Assembly (NCBI GenBank): GCA_949076555.1
Contig: CARUOB010000007.1
Span: 3,882-67,881 of the forward strand
DNA length: 64,000 bases
Direction of reading: 5' to 3'
Origin: an uncultured Lachnospiraceae bacterium
Lineage (GTDB): Bacteria; Bacillota; Clostridia; Lachnospirales; Lachnospiraceae
Below the pieces are notes generated by a model. The model had not been told where the DNA came from and did not search any database. It saw only the letters and a program-made list of their open reading frames with translations. Of the stretch, positions 53,821-62,823 are shown in pieces (position 1 is the first letter of the stretch; every line of letters starts with the position of its first letter). The translations under genes and the position numbers were made by a program.

Positions 53821-54769
53821 AATATCTCCGTAAAAACCGCTCATCCGCGTCCCTGACCGCCACGCCGCACAGCGCGCAGTCCTGCGTTTTTAACTGCTCC
53901 GTCACATAGGCCGCAAAGGATGCGCACACCGCACCAAAAGGCAAAGACAACACCACGCCGTCCGCCTTTCGCATTTCCTCCAGCTCCTCTTGCGAAAAAG
54001 ATTGATCCCTGTCCAGCTCACAAATCTGAATATTCCCCAGTTTCCCGCGCAAATAGGCTATATTAATTTCGTAATCCTGTCCAAGCCATTCTGCGCCCGA
54101 GGCATAACCGACAAACGGCAAATCTGTCACTTTTCGGATATCCCCCGCCACCAGAATCCGGTCGTCCATCACATAATAGAGCGAGAACCCGAGAAGGCTG
54201 ATACACAATCCGAGAAAGGCGCCCACAAACACAGCCTGCGCCATCCGGCTGTCCGCCACGGCGAGCTTCGCCTCCGTCTCCTGAATCGCGTGAATGTCCA
54301 GAAACTCCTTCGCCTGCCCTCCATATGTCTCAAGGGCCTGCACCGCCGCCCCAAGAATCGCGTCCGTGCGCTGCGCCTTGTTGGTTGTAACCGTGATCGT
54401 CAAAAGCCGGATATCCGAAAGAATCTCTGCTTTTATGGCTGCCGCTGCCTCCTCGCGGGTATAATCCGCCGGAAGATTTTGAAGGGTCAGCTCCATAATC
54501 GGGTCGGCCGCCATCAGGTCATTCCACGTATAACCGTTGTACGCCTGATACACTTCCCCCGTCTCATCCGCCGCGAAATCCAGATACACCTTCGCGTAAG
54601 CGCTATACTCCCGCTCCGATTCCGGCACCGTCCGCACGACCGTATACACAATCACGCCAAGCAAAGCGCCGCCAATCACCGCCCCCAGCACAAGGGGAAA
54701 CTTTCTCAGCAGACACAGCATATACTTTTTCAAATCCATGCCTTCATCGGCATAGCTCCTATCCTTCAT
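53801..54769 (-). CDS. Wzz/CpsC(CapA)-like polysaccharide co-polymerase with a degenerate kinase-like tail
   Basis: MDL...TM1, Y.A.AKVY, extracellular domain, TM2 ending DDRI, then DLPFVG and ADGVVL...L....CGV. Confidence 0.7.
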   Translation of the reverse strand: MKDRSYADEGMDLKKYMLCLLRKFPLVLGAVIGGALLGVIVYTVVRTVPESEREYSAYAKVYLDFAADETGEVYQAYNGYTWNDLMAADPIMELTLQNLPADYTREEAAAAIKAEILSDIRLLTITVTTNKAQRTDAILGAAVQALETYGGQAKEFLDIHAIQETEAKLAVADSRMAQAVFVGAFLGLCISLLGFSLYYVMDDRILVAGDIRKVTDLPFVGYASGAEWLGQDYEINIAYLRGKLGNIQICELDRDQSFSQEELEEMRKADGVVLSLPFGAVCASFAAYVTEQLKTQDCALCGVAVRDADERFLRRYYGKNKT

Positions 54770-54787
54770 CCCACAAATCCTTCCACG

Positions 54788-56158
54788 CTACTTCTTCGCA
54801 GTCGTCTGGTTACTCTCAACCCCCTCCGTGCTCTCCGGCTTGATCAGAATTTTCAGCGTCAAAAGCATCAGCTTCAAATCCAGCCACACGGAATACTGCT
54901 CGATATAAGTCAGATCCAGTTTCAGCTTATCGTAGGGCGTCGTATTGTATTTTCCGTAAACCTGCGCATAACCCGCAAGCCCTGCCTTCACCTTCATGCG
55001 GAAGGCGAACTCCGGCATGTCCTCCATATACTGGTCGATGATTTCCGGCCTTTCGGGCCTTGGCCCGATAAAGGACATTTCTCCCTTTAAAATGTTGAAA
55101 AGCTGCGGCAGCTCATCGATTCTGGTGGCACGGATAAACTTCCCCACCGGCGTGATCCGGGAGTCGTTTTTGGACGCCAGTCTCGCCACGCCGTCCTTCT
55201 CCGCATCCACCCGCATACTCCTGAACTTTAAAATATAAAATTCCTTTCTGTCGCGGGTACACCGGATCTGCTTGTATAAAACCGGGCCGCCGTCATACAT
55301 CTTAATCACCGCCGCCGTAATCAGCATAAAGGGCGACGCAATCACCAGAAGAAGCACCGAGCACACCAGATCGATCAGCCGCTTCGCCACCCGCTGTTCC
55401 ACCTTAAGGGAATATTCCCGCGTCAGATAAATGGGCGTGTCAAACAAGTGAAGCTGATCCGCGCCCTTGATAAGCACGTCGGATATCTTGGGCATCGTAT
55501 ACACCCGCACCGACAGACTGTAGCAGTATTTTAACAAGGTGTTCCTGTCCGCCGCGGAAATATCCCACAGCACCACCGCGCCGTAGCCCTTTTCGATCTC
55601 CGCTTTCACCGTCTCCATGCCCTCGGAAATACGCAGGCATTTTTTGATCTGATACTTGTCCTTTCTCGACTCAAACTTCGTGACGATATCGTCAATGGGC
55701 CGTTCGCCGTGTATGATCAGAATATCTCTGGGCGGAAACGCCTTGTAGTAACAGACATTGCAGAAAAATACCCAGAAACCCGCAAGCGCCGTCTGAATCA
55801 GCATCGTCCACACAATGGGCCGCACATCCACCACCCAGTTTGCCATCAGGGAAATCTGGAAATAGGAAATCACATTGACAATGAGCAGGGAAAACAGCTC
55901 CGAAATGAACACATCCACCGGCTTCAGATAACCGATTTTCAGCGCGCCGTATGTATTCGCGAAGAAAAACAACAGCACGAAATAAATCGAAAGGATCAGT
56001 ACATGTCCTTTAAAATAAAAACGAAAATTCCTGTGCAGTTTCAGAAACGGGTAATACGCCTCCAGCCAGAAACAGGCATAGACTGCCGTCTGGAAAATCA
56101 GCCCGATAAAAGAAAGCTGCAAAATAATCAGTCTTTTAAATGTCTCCACTTTTCTCAT
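54788..56158 (-). CDS. Initiating undecaprenyl-phosphate hexose-1-phosphate transferase (CpsE/WcaJ-like)
   Basis: 4 N-terminal TMs; KRLID, KFRSM, RIDELPQL.NILKGEMSFIGPRPERP, KAGLAGYAQV, KLKLDLTYI. Confidence 0.92.
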   Translation of the reverse strand: MRKVETFKRLIILQLSFIGLIFQTAVYACFWLEAYYPFLKLHRNFRFYFKGHVLILSIYFVLLFFFANTYGALKIGYLKPVDVFISELFSLLIVNVISYFQISLMANWVVDVRPIVWTMLIQTALAGFWVFFCNVCYYKAFPPRDILIIHGERPIDDIVTKFESRKDKYQIKKCLRISEGMETVKAEIEKGYGAVVLWDISAADRNTLLKYCYSLSVRVYTMPKISDVLIKGADQLHLFDTPIYLTREYSLKVEQRVAKRLIDLVCSVLLLVIASPFMLITAAVIKMYDGGPVLYKQIRCTRDRKEFYILKFRSMRVDAEKDGVARLASKNDSRITPVGKFIRATRIDELPQLFNILKGEMSFIGPRPERPEIIDQYMEDMPEFAFRMKVKAGLAGYAQVYGKYNTTPYDKLKLDLTYIEQYSVWLDLKLMLLTLKILIKPESTEGVESNQTTAKK

Positions 56159-56162
56159 GGTC

Positions 56163-56993
56163 TTATATCCGCCTCATCGTCGCCCTGTAAGCCCAGAACA
56201 CGAAATAAAACGCGCTGGCCGCTACAGAGAGCTTCTCCTGTCTGCGGTACAGATTCCAGATCCGCTTCACCGCCTTAAGTTTATTGGAAGACAGAGACCG
56301 CGCAGGTCTTCTGTAGACCGCAAGCACCTCATCGAGTCCGTATGCCTCGTATCCCGCCCGCAAAATCTGCCACCAGGTCGCCGTATCCTCGCTCTCCACC
56401 TGCGGCATCCGGATCAGCCCGTGCGGGACAATGTCCCGGTCAATCACAACGGTAGTCGTAAAAATCACCGTCCGCGACAACGCCTTTTTATAAGTGAGAA
56501 CCTCCGGCACATGCACGACTCTGCCCGTAGGCCCGGCCTGTTCATCCCCGAACTCATAGGCGGAAAACACAAAACCCGCCCGTTTTTCCCTCATAAAGGA
56601 AAGCTGCTTTTCCAGCTTGTCCGCTGCCCAGATATCATCCGCGTCGAGGAAAGCGATATACTGCCCTCTCGCCAGATCCACTCCCGTGTTGCGCGCCGCG
56701 GCAGCGCCCTCATTCTTGCTTTTGCATATAAGAAAAACGGTTTTCTCTTCCCCGCACAGATATTCCTCCATATGCCCTATCGTTTCAGACCCGCCCGCCG
56801 GATGATGCGCATACATGGAGAGCGCCTTTTTAACCGCCTCCACACTGCTGTCCCCGGAACAATCGTCCACCAGCAGAAGCTCCCATTTGTCATACGTCTG
56901 TGAAAGCACCATTTTGATGGTATCCGCGATATAGGCTGCCGCCCGGTACACCGGAACGATAATGCTCACCAGCCCGCTTACTCTGTCACTCAA
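56163..56993 (-). CDS. Glycosyltransferase family 2 (TuaG-like)
   Basis: VSIIVPVY, VDDCS.D, GAAAARN, AFLDADD.W...KLEKQ, ED...W, SLSSNK. Confidence 0.9.
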   Translation of the reverse strand: MSDRVSGLVSIIVPVYRAAAYIADTIKMVLSQTYDKWELLLVDDCSGDSSVEAVKKALSMYAHHPAGGSETIGHMEEYLCGEEKTVFLICKSKNEGAAAARNTGVDLARGQYIAFLDADDIWAADKLEKQLSFMREKRAGFVFSAYEFGDEQAGPTGRVVHVPEVLTYKKALSRTVIFTTTVVIDRDIVPHGLIRMPQVESEDTATWWQILRAGYEAYGLDEVLAVYRRPARSLSSNKLKAVKRIWNLYRRQEKLSVAASAFYFVFWAYRATMRRI

Positions 56994-57933
56994 GTTCCTC
57001 TCCCCCGATCTCTTCCCTGACCAGATAGATCGGCCTCCTCTTCACTTCCATATAAGTCTTGGATAAGTATTGCCCGACAATCCCCAGACAAAACAACTGC
57101 ACGCCGCTGACCATCATGATTATACAGACCAGAGAAGGCCAGCCGGAAGTCGGATCGCCAAACATCATCTTTCGCACAATCGTCACGATAATTATGACAA
57201 AGGCAACCAGACAGAAGAACACACCCGCCACGGAAGCTATCGTCAGGGGCACCGTGGAAAAAGCGATGATCCCCTCAAGAGAATACAAAAAGAGTTTCCA
57301 GAACGACCACTTGGTCTCGCCCTTTCTGCGCTCCACATTTTCGTATTCCAGCCATTTCGTCTCATAGCCCACCCAGCCGAAAATGCCCTTGGTAAAGCGG
57401 TTATACTCTGTCATAGACAAAATCGCGTCCACCACCTGCCTTGTCATCAGGCGGTAATCTCTGGCGCCGTCCACAATCTCGGTCCGTGAAATCCTGTTCA
57501 TCAGTTTATAAAACATTCTCGCGAAAAAAGAGCGGATCACGGGTTCCCCTTTTCTGGTCACGCGTCTTGTGGCCACCGAGTCATACCCCTGTTCAATGTA
57601 TGCATACATCTCCGGCAGGAGGGATGGCGGGTCCTGCAAGTCCGCGTCCATCAGCACCGCCAGATCGCCCCTGCATTTCTGCAGTCCCGCATAGATCGCC
57701 GCCTCCTTGCCAAAATTGCGCGCGAAGGAAATAAGGCGCACCCTCCCGTCCTCCTCGCAGAGCTTTTTCACCTCAAAAACCGTTCGATCCTTGGAGCCGT
57801 CATCCACATATAATATCTCAAATTCTATCTGCTTTTCACGAAAAAAAACCGTATTTTTACATAATTCATCGTAAAAATCCCTGACATTCTCCTCTTCGTT
57901 GTAACAGGGTACAATGACACTGAGTAACTTCAT
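56986..57933 (-). CDS. Polyprenol-phosphate glycosyltransferase, GT2 (GtrB/CsbB-like)
   Basis: VPCYNEE, VDDGSKD, RNFGKEAAIYAGL, MDADLQDPP, GARDYRLM, NRFTKG, two TMs, EVKRRP.Y. Confidence 0.93.
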   Translation of the reverse strand: MKLLSVIVPCYNEEENVRDFYDELCKNTVFFREKQIEFEILYVDDGSKDRTVFEVKKLCEEDGRVRLISFARNFGKEAAIYAGLQKCRGDLAVLMDADLQDPPSLLPEMYAYIEQGYDSVATRRVTRKGEPVIRSFFARMFYKLMNRISRTEIVDGARDYRLMTRQVVDAILSMTEYNRFTKGIFGWVGYETKWLEYENVERRKGETKWSFWKLFLYSLEGIIAFSTVPLTIASVAGVFFCLVAFVIIIVTIVRKMMFGDPTSGWPSLVCIIMMVSGVQLFCLGIVGQYLSKTYMEVKRRPIYLVREEIGGEELE

Positions 57934-57980
57934 CGTGCTCTCCTTTCGTGCATACCGATATCAGTGTATCATATTTACAT

Positions 57981-58007
57981 AAAAAAAGGAAGAGACGCGT
58001 CTCTTCC
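57981..58007 (-). terminator. Intrinsic terminator after the Spo0A-CTD gene
   Basis: GGAAGAGACGCGTCTCTTCC hairpin followed on the minus strand by a 7-T tract. Confidence 0.85.
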
Positions 58008-58015
58008 CTCAAAAT

Positions 58016-58396
58016 TCATATCAGATTGTTTTTCAGCCGTATGTAATCAGCTACAACGGCGATATATTCACTGTTCGTCGGTCTGGTATATTCCAGTGTA
58101 TTGGTGTAACCGAACAGTTCCTCAAAAAGATCACTGTTTCCCCTGTCCCACGACACTTCGATTGCATTTCGGATCGCCCGTTCAATCTTCGTATCGGTCG
58201 TCTGGTACATCTTCGCCAGGTCCGGATAAAGCAGCTTCGTCACGCTCCCCACCAGCTCCATATCCTCCACGCACATCCCCACTGCACTTCGCAAGAACTG
58301 GTAGCCACGCAAATGTGCCGGTATCCCAAGTTCCAGCATCAGGTCGGAGATTGTTTTCTCAAGCTCCTTCGGACTTATCATATTCTGTTGTGCCAT
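58016..58396 (-). CDS. Stand-alone Spo0A C-terminal (DNA-binding) domain protein
   Basis: LGIPAHLRGYQFLRSA, SVTKLLYPDLAK.Y.TT..KIERAIRNAIEVSWDRG, PTNSEYIAVVADYIRL. No receiver domain. Start moved to MAQQN. Confidence 0.92.
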   Translation of the reverse strand: MAQQNMISPKELEKTISDLMLELGIPAHLRGYQFLRSAVGMCVEDMELVGSVTKLLYPDLAKMYQTTDTKIERAIRNAIEVSWDRGNSDLFEELFGYTNTLEYTRPTNSEYIAVVADYIRLKNNLI

Positions 58397-58550
58397 TCCC
58401 CTCTTACTCCTTTGCAAGTTTTGATATAATTTAACATATATAGTTCTTTACTTCTTCGATAAGCATATCAAAAATGCATCGCGCTGTAAACGGTAATTTA
58501 TCGCGCAGAGGAATACTTATGCACGGTAAGGCACTTTTTTTAATCCGGTA

Positions 58551-59492
58551 CTACATTCTTGCCTTGCTTACATTTGCCTGAAACCATTCGTAAGCCAGCT
58601 TTACCCCCTCCTCAAGTTCCACCTTATGCTGCCAGCCGAGTCCGTGAAGCTTTGTCACATCCGTAAGTTTTCTCGGCGTGCCGTCGGGCATCGTCTGATC
58701 CCAAACGATCTGTCCCTTGTAGCCTACCACCTTTTTCACCGTCTCCGCCAGTTCTTTGATCGTAACTTCCTTTCCGGTGCCGATATTGACATGCTGTTCC
58801 CCGCTGTAATTCTCGAGCAGGAACACGCAGGCGTCAGCCATATCATCCACATATAAAAACTCCCTGAGCGGCGTGCCCGTTCCCCAAAGCATAACCGTAG
58901 GATCGCCGTTTACCTTCGCCTCATGGAATTTGCGGATCATCGCAGGCATTACATGGGACCCTTCCAGATCGTAGTTGTCGTGTGGCCCGTATAAATTCGT
59001 GGGCATACAGCTTATGAAATCGTCCCCATACTGCCTCTTATAAAATTTACACATTTCCAGTCCCGCAATTTTCGCGATGGCATACGCCTCGTTCGTCTCC
59101 TCTAGCGGACCTGTCAACAGCGCGTCCTCCGGGATCGGCTGCGGCGCCATTCTGGGATAAATGCAGGTGCTCCCCAAAAACAGAAGTTTTTTCACCTCAT
59201 ACACATGACAACAGTGAATGACATTACACTGAATCTGCATATTCTCATAGGCAAACTCCGCGGGTATTGTGTTGTTCGCATTGATTCCGCCCACCTTGGC
59301 AGCCGCCAGAATCACCGCGTCCGGACGCTCCTCTTCAAAAAACGCGTGCACTTCTTGTTGACTCGTTAAGTCAAGCTCCTTGTGCGTCCTGCCGATAATA
59401 TTTTCGTAACCCTTTGCCTGCAAGGATCGCACAATCGCGCTTCCTACCAGTCCTCTGTGCCCCGCCACATAAATTTTGTCTGTCTTGTTCAT
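58551..59492 (-). CDS. fcl: GDP-L-fucose synthase
   Basis: [77 protein letters not shown]. Start moved to MNKTDK. Confidence 0.96.
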   Translation of the reverse strand: MNKTDKIYVAGHRGLVGSAIVRSLQAKGYENIIGRTHKELDLTSQQEVHAFFEEERPDAVILAAAKVGGINANNTIPAEFAYENMQIQCNVIHCCHVYEVKKLLFLGSTCIYPRMAPQPIPEDALLTGPLEETNEAYAIAKIAGLEMCKFYKRQYGDDFISCMPTNLYGPHDNYDLEGSHVMPAMIRKFHEAKVNGDPTVMLWGTGTPLREFLYVDDMADACVFLLENYSGEQHVNIGTGKEVTIKELAETVKKVVGYKGQIVWDQTMPDGTPRKLTDVTKLHGLGWQHKVELEEGVKLAYEWFQANVSKARM

Positions 59493-59576
59493 AACGGCCA
59501 CCCTCCATGTTTTAGCTCTACCGCTCTTCTCATTCTAACCGCCATGATTCCGCATCGCGGAATCTCAAATCTGTGC

Positions 59577-59675
59577 GGAGAATGCCCGTTTTCTGGGCAT
59601 TCTCTGGTGTGAGACTTAGTACTTCTCAGCGAAGCAGCCTCTGCTGCTGAGTTTTAGAAGTACTTCTCACACTAC
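59577..59675. repeat. Palindromic REP-like repeat, family 1, copy 5
   Basis: GGAGAATGCCC/GGGCATTCTC; GTGTGAGA..AGTACTTCT-CAGC-GAAGCAGCCTCTGCT-GCTG..AGAAGTACT-TCTCACAC-TAC. An extra hairpin GATTCCGC/GCGGAATC lies at 59546-59564. Confidence 0.9.
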
Positions 59676-59732
59676 AACCATCAAAACCTCTATCAGTCTA
59701 TCACAGCGCTGTCCCTTTTACAAGAGACCCGC

Positions 59733-61607
59733 TCACTGCGCCGGGCGAAACCCGTCCGCCATTTTCTCCCCCAAAAACGCAATCTGCGCCTTGGACGGAG
59801 AGGAGGGAAACGCCTCATATCCCACTCTGTCGCCCTCTGCCGGGCAGTAAAAATCGACGCCCTCCATCTCATAGGCATAGGTTTCATAATTTTCGTAATC
59901 CTTCTGGACAAGCCAGTAATCGTTCCCATAGGATGCGGCCAATTCCCGCACCAGTGCAAAGCCCTTGTATGCCAGCAGCAAAACCACGAAGGCGGAAACC
60001 AGCCGCGCCGCTGCAAGCCGCCATCCCACGCCCTTCCCGCGCAGACCGCTCTGCCCTCCCGCACCGCTTCTCTTCCTCCCGTCAGCGTTTTCCTCCCGCC
60101 GCCGTGCGCCCGCCAAAGTCCGTCCGCCGCCTGCCACAGGGTGCCCCGCCGCCTCGTAAATCCCGCCAAACACCACCGCCGTCGTCAAATACACCCAGAC
60201 ACAGCCGTAGCGGATCAGGGGCGAAGTACAGAGCCAGAACACAAAGGAAGCCGCCGCTGTCACCTGCACCGCAAGATGTGCCGGAGACAGTACACCGTCC
60301 TGTGCCACAGCCCCGTCCGAAGCCGTCTGCCGCCTCCTATGCCACCGCCAGACCAGATACAAAGCCTCTGCCAAAAGCGAAACCACCGCCGCCGCTGACG
60401 CCAGCACAAGCGCCTTATCGCTCCCCGCCAGCGTCCGAAACCACCCCGGCAGCCACTCTCTCATCGGCAGATCGAACTGTGTCACGTCCGTGTAGCCCCT
60501 GCCCCAAACCTGTATTTCCCTGGCGTCATAATCCGCCAGCCCTCTCGGAATTTTCCAGACCACGTCAAACAGATCAATCTGTGTAAACGGGTAAACCAGC
60601 CACCCCGATATCACCACATTGCGGATAAAAAAAGGAAGCGCCGTAACGATACCCAGCCCCAGATACAAAAGCGTCTCGCCCCGTCTTTTCTCCCGCAGAA
60701 GGCGGCAGGCCGGATAAACCGTGAGCAGAAGAGTCAGCGCCGCCGACAATTTCACCGTCATCAGGAACACGCCAAGCACGCACAAAAGCGCGTAAGGCAG
60801 AATCGTCCGCTCGCCTCTCTCCAAAAAATCCAGCCACTTTATCACTATATAAAATGCCACAAGCACCATAAAATAATCCGAGGCCGGAGAAATCATTTCG
60901 TCAAAAATATTTACCAGATAGTACACACACATCACTCTGGCAAAATCGCTCGTCCGAAGCCGTCCCTCCCGCAGGGATTTTCCCATCGGCAGGCAGACCG
61001 CCGCAAGTAAAAACGCGAGCCACCCCGCCGCGCAGTGATAGGACTGCCCGCCCAAAAAGGCCATACTGTAGAGGGCGGACAGTGCAAAAGACGAACTGTT
61101 GTAGGCCAGCCTGCAATGCAGATTGCCAAGCCCCTTCACCACGCCGTACTCCTCGATCCAGCGGATACTCTGGGCGTGATAAAGCCCCGTGTCGTAGTGA
61201 ATCATCCCCCGGGAGGCGCCGTAGGCAAAGAAGAAAAACAATACGGCCGCCGCACAAAATCCGGGACGGACGGCCAGCCCCCTTTTCCCGTCAAAAGTTT
61301 CCTTCGAAAAAAATAACAGCCGCCGTACCCTGTCCGAAAACATCCTTCGATCGGCCGCCACAATGAACAGACAGACCGCGCACAGCATCACATTGGCCGC
61401 CGCACCCACACCCGCAAACAGACTAAAAAACTGTGCATAGACCGTAACGCATACAAGCCCGCACATAAAATACGCGTCTGCGGCAATGTTCCCTGTGCAG
61501 ACGTGTGCATAATAAGGAAGGTGCCGCGTGATGACACGCAGCACACCATACCCCATGATAAATGTAGTGATACCCATATAGAGCCAAATGAAAATTACCG
61601 ACAGCAT
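59733..61607 (-). CDS. Multi-pass membrane protein (LIC_10190-like), probable GT-C glycosyltransferase
   Basis: HYDTGLYHAQSIRW, GLGNLHCRLAYNS, SPASD, KLS, RNVVISGWLVYP, SPLIRYG. Confidence 0.65.
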   Translation of the reverse strand: MLSVIFIWLYMGITTFIMGYGVLRVITRHLPYYAHVCTGNIAADAYFMCGLVCVTVYAQFFSLFAGVGAAANVMLCAVCLFIVAADRRMFSDRVRRLLFFSKETFDGKRGLAVRPGFCAAAVLFFFFAYGASRGMIHYDTGLYHAQSIRWIEEYGVVKGLGNLHCRLAYNSSSFALSALYSMAFLGGQSYHCAAGWLAFLLAAVCLPMGKSLREGRLRTSDFARVMCVYYLVNIFDEMISPASDYFMVLVAFYIVIKWLDFLERGERTILPYALLCVLGVFLMTVKLSAALTLLLTVYPACRLLREKRRGETLLYLGLGIVTALPFFIRNVVISGWLVYPFTQIDLFDVVWKIPRGLADYDAREIQVWGRGYTDVTQFDLPMREWLPGWFRTLAGSDKALVLASAAAVVSLLAEALYLVWRWHRRRQTASDGAVAQDGVLSPAHLAVQVTAAASFVFWLCTSPLIRYGCVWVYLTTAVVFGGIYEAAGHPVAGGGRTLAGARRREENADGRKRSGAGGQSGLRGKGVGWRLAAARLVSAFVVLLLAYKGFALVRELAASYGNDYWLVQKDYENYETYAYEMEGVDFYCPAEGDRVGYEAFPSSPSKAQIAFLGEKMADGFRPAQ

Positions 61608-61701
61608 TTCTGATATACGTTTCCTCTATCTTTCTCTTCTGCCCGCTGCGTTTCGCCTCGCGGATTTCTTCCGGCATATCTTAGAACCCGGCAGACAGCC
61701 G

Positions 61702-62772
61702 TCAGGCTTCGTTCTGCGCCCTGTATTCCACGCAGCTCATTCCCGCGATCTCTTTCAAATCCGCATCCATCATCATGGATACCAGCCCCTTGAAATCTAC
61801 CTTCCGCTTCCAGCCAAGCTCTTTTTCCGCCTTCGCGCAGTTGCCCCACAGAAACTCCACTTCCGCCGGGCGGTAAAACTCGGGATTCACATCCACCAGC
61901 AAACGGCCGCTCTTTGCGTCGAAGCCTTTCTCGTTCACGCCGGTTCCTTCCCACCTGATCTGAATGCCAAGCTCTGCAAAAGCCGCCTCCACAAACTCCC
62001 TGACCGTGTGCGTCTCGTTGGTCGCCAGCACATAATCGTCGGGCTTGTCCTGCTGTAACATAAGCCACATGCCCTCTATATAGTCTCCTGCAAACCCCCA
62101 GTCTCTCTTGGCGTTCATATTGCCGAGTGACAGCTTCTCCTGTTTCCCCGCAATGATATTCGCGATCGCCAGCGTGATCTTTCTGGTCACAAAGTTCTCG
62201 CCCCGTCTGGGTGACTCGTGGTTAAACAAAATACCGTTGCAGGCAAACATATTGTAAGACTCTCTGTAATTGACCGTAATCCAGTAAGAGTAGAGCTTCG
62301 CCGCGCCGTAAGGACTCTTCGGGTAAAAAGGCGTTTTCTCGCTCTGCGGCGCCGTCTCCGGAATGCCGCCGAAAAGCTCCGACGTAGAAGCCTGATAATA
62401 TCTGCATGTGCCGCCGTTTACACGAATCGCCTCCAAGAGCTTTAAGGTGCTCACGCCCGTGGCCTCCGCCGTGTACTCGGGCACCTCGAAGGATACGCCC
62501 ACATGGGACTGCGCCGCCAGATTATACACTTCCGTGGGGCGGATCTCCGCTATCAGCCGCATCAGGTTGCTTGAGTCCGTGGTATCCGCGTAGTGCAGGA
62601 AAAATTTTACTTTATGGTAGTCCGACGCTATCAGGTGGTCGATTCTTCCCGTGTTGGCAATGCTGTGTCTGCGGATCAGGCCGTGCACCTCATAGCCTTT
62701 CTCCAGCAAAAACTCCGCCAGATAAGAGCCGTCCTGTCCTGTAATTCCCGTGATTAGAGCTATTTTCTGCAT
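61702..62772 (-). CDS. gmd: GDP-mannose 4,6-dehydratase
   Basis: [68 protein letters not shown]. Confidence 0.97.
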   Translation of the reverse strand: MQKIALITGITGQDGSYLAEFLLEKGYEVHGLIRRHSIANTGRIDHLIASDYHKVKFFLHYADTTDSSNLMRLIAEIRPTEVYNLAAQSHVGVSFEVPEYTAEATGVSTLKLLEAIRVNGGTCRYYQASTSELFGGIPETAPQSEKTPFYPKSPYGAAKLYSYWITVNYRESYNMFACNGILFNHESPRRGENFVTRKITLAIANIIAGKQEKLSLGNMNAKRDWGFAGDYIEGMWLMLQQDKPDDYVLATNETHTVREFVEAAFAELGIQIRWEGTGVNEKGFDAKSGRLLVDVNPEFYRPAEVEFLWGNCAKAEKELGWKRKVDFKGLVSMMMDADLKEIAGMSCVEYRAQNEA

Positions 62773-62823
62773 ATCGTTTATCCTTTCCTTCCATGCTTTG
62801 ATTGTGACACGGCTGCCCGCCGC

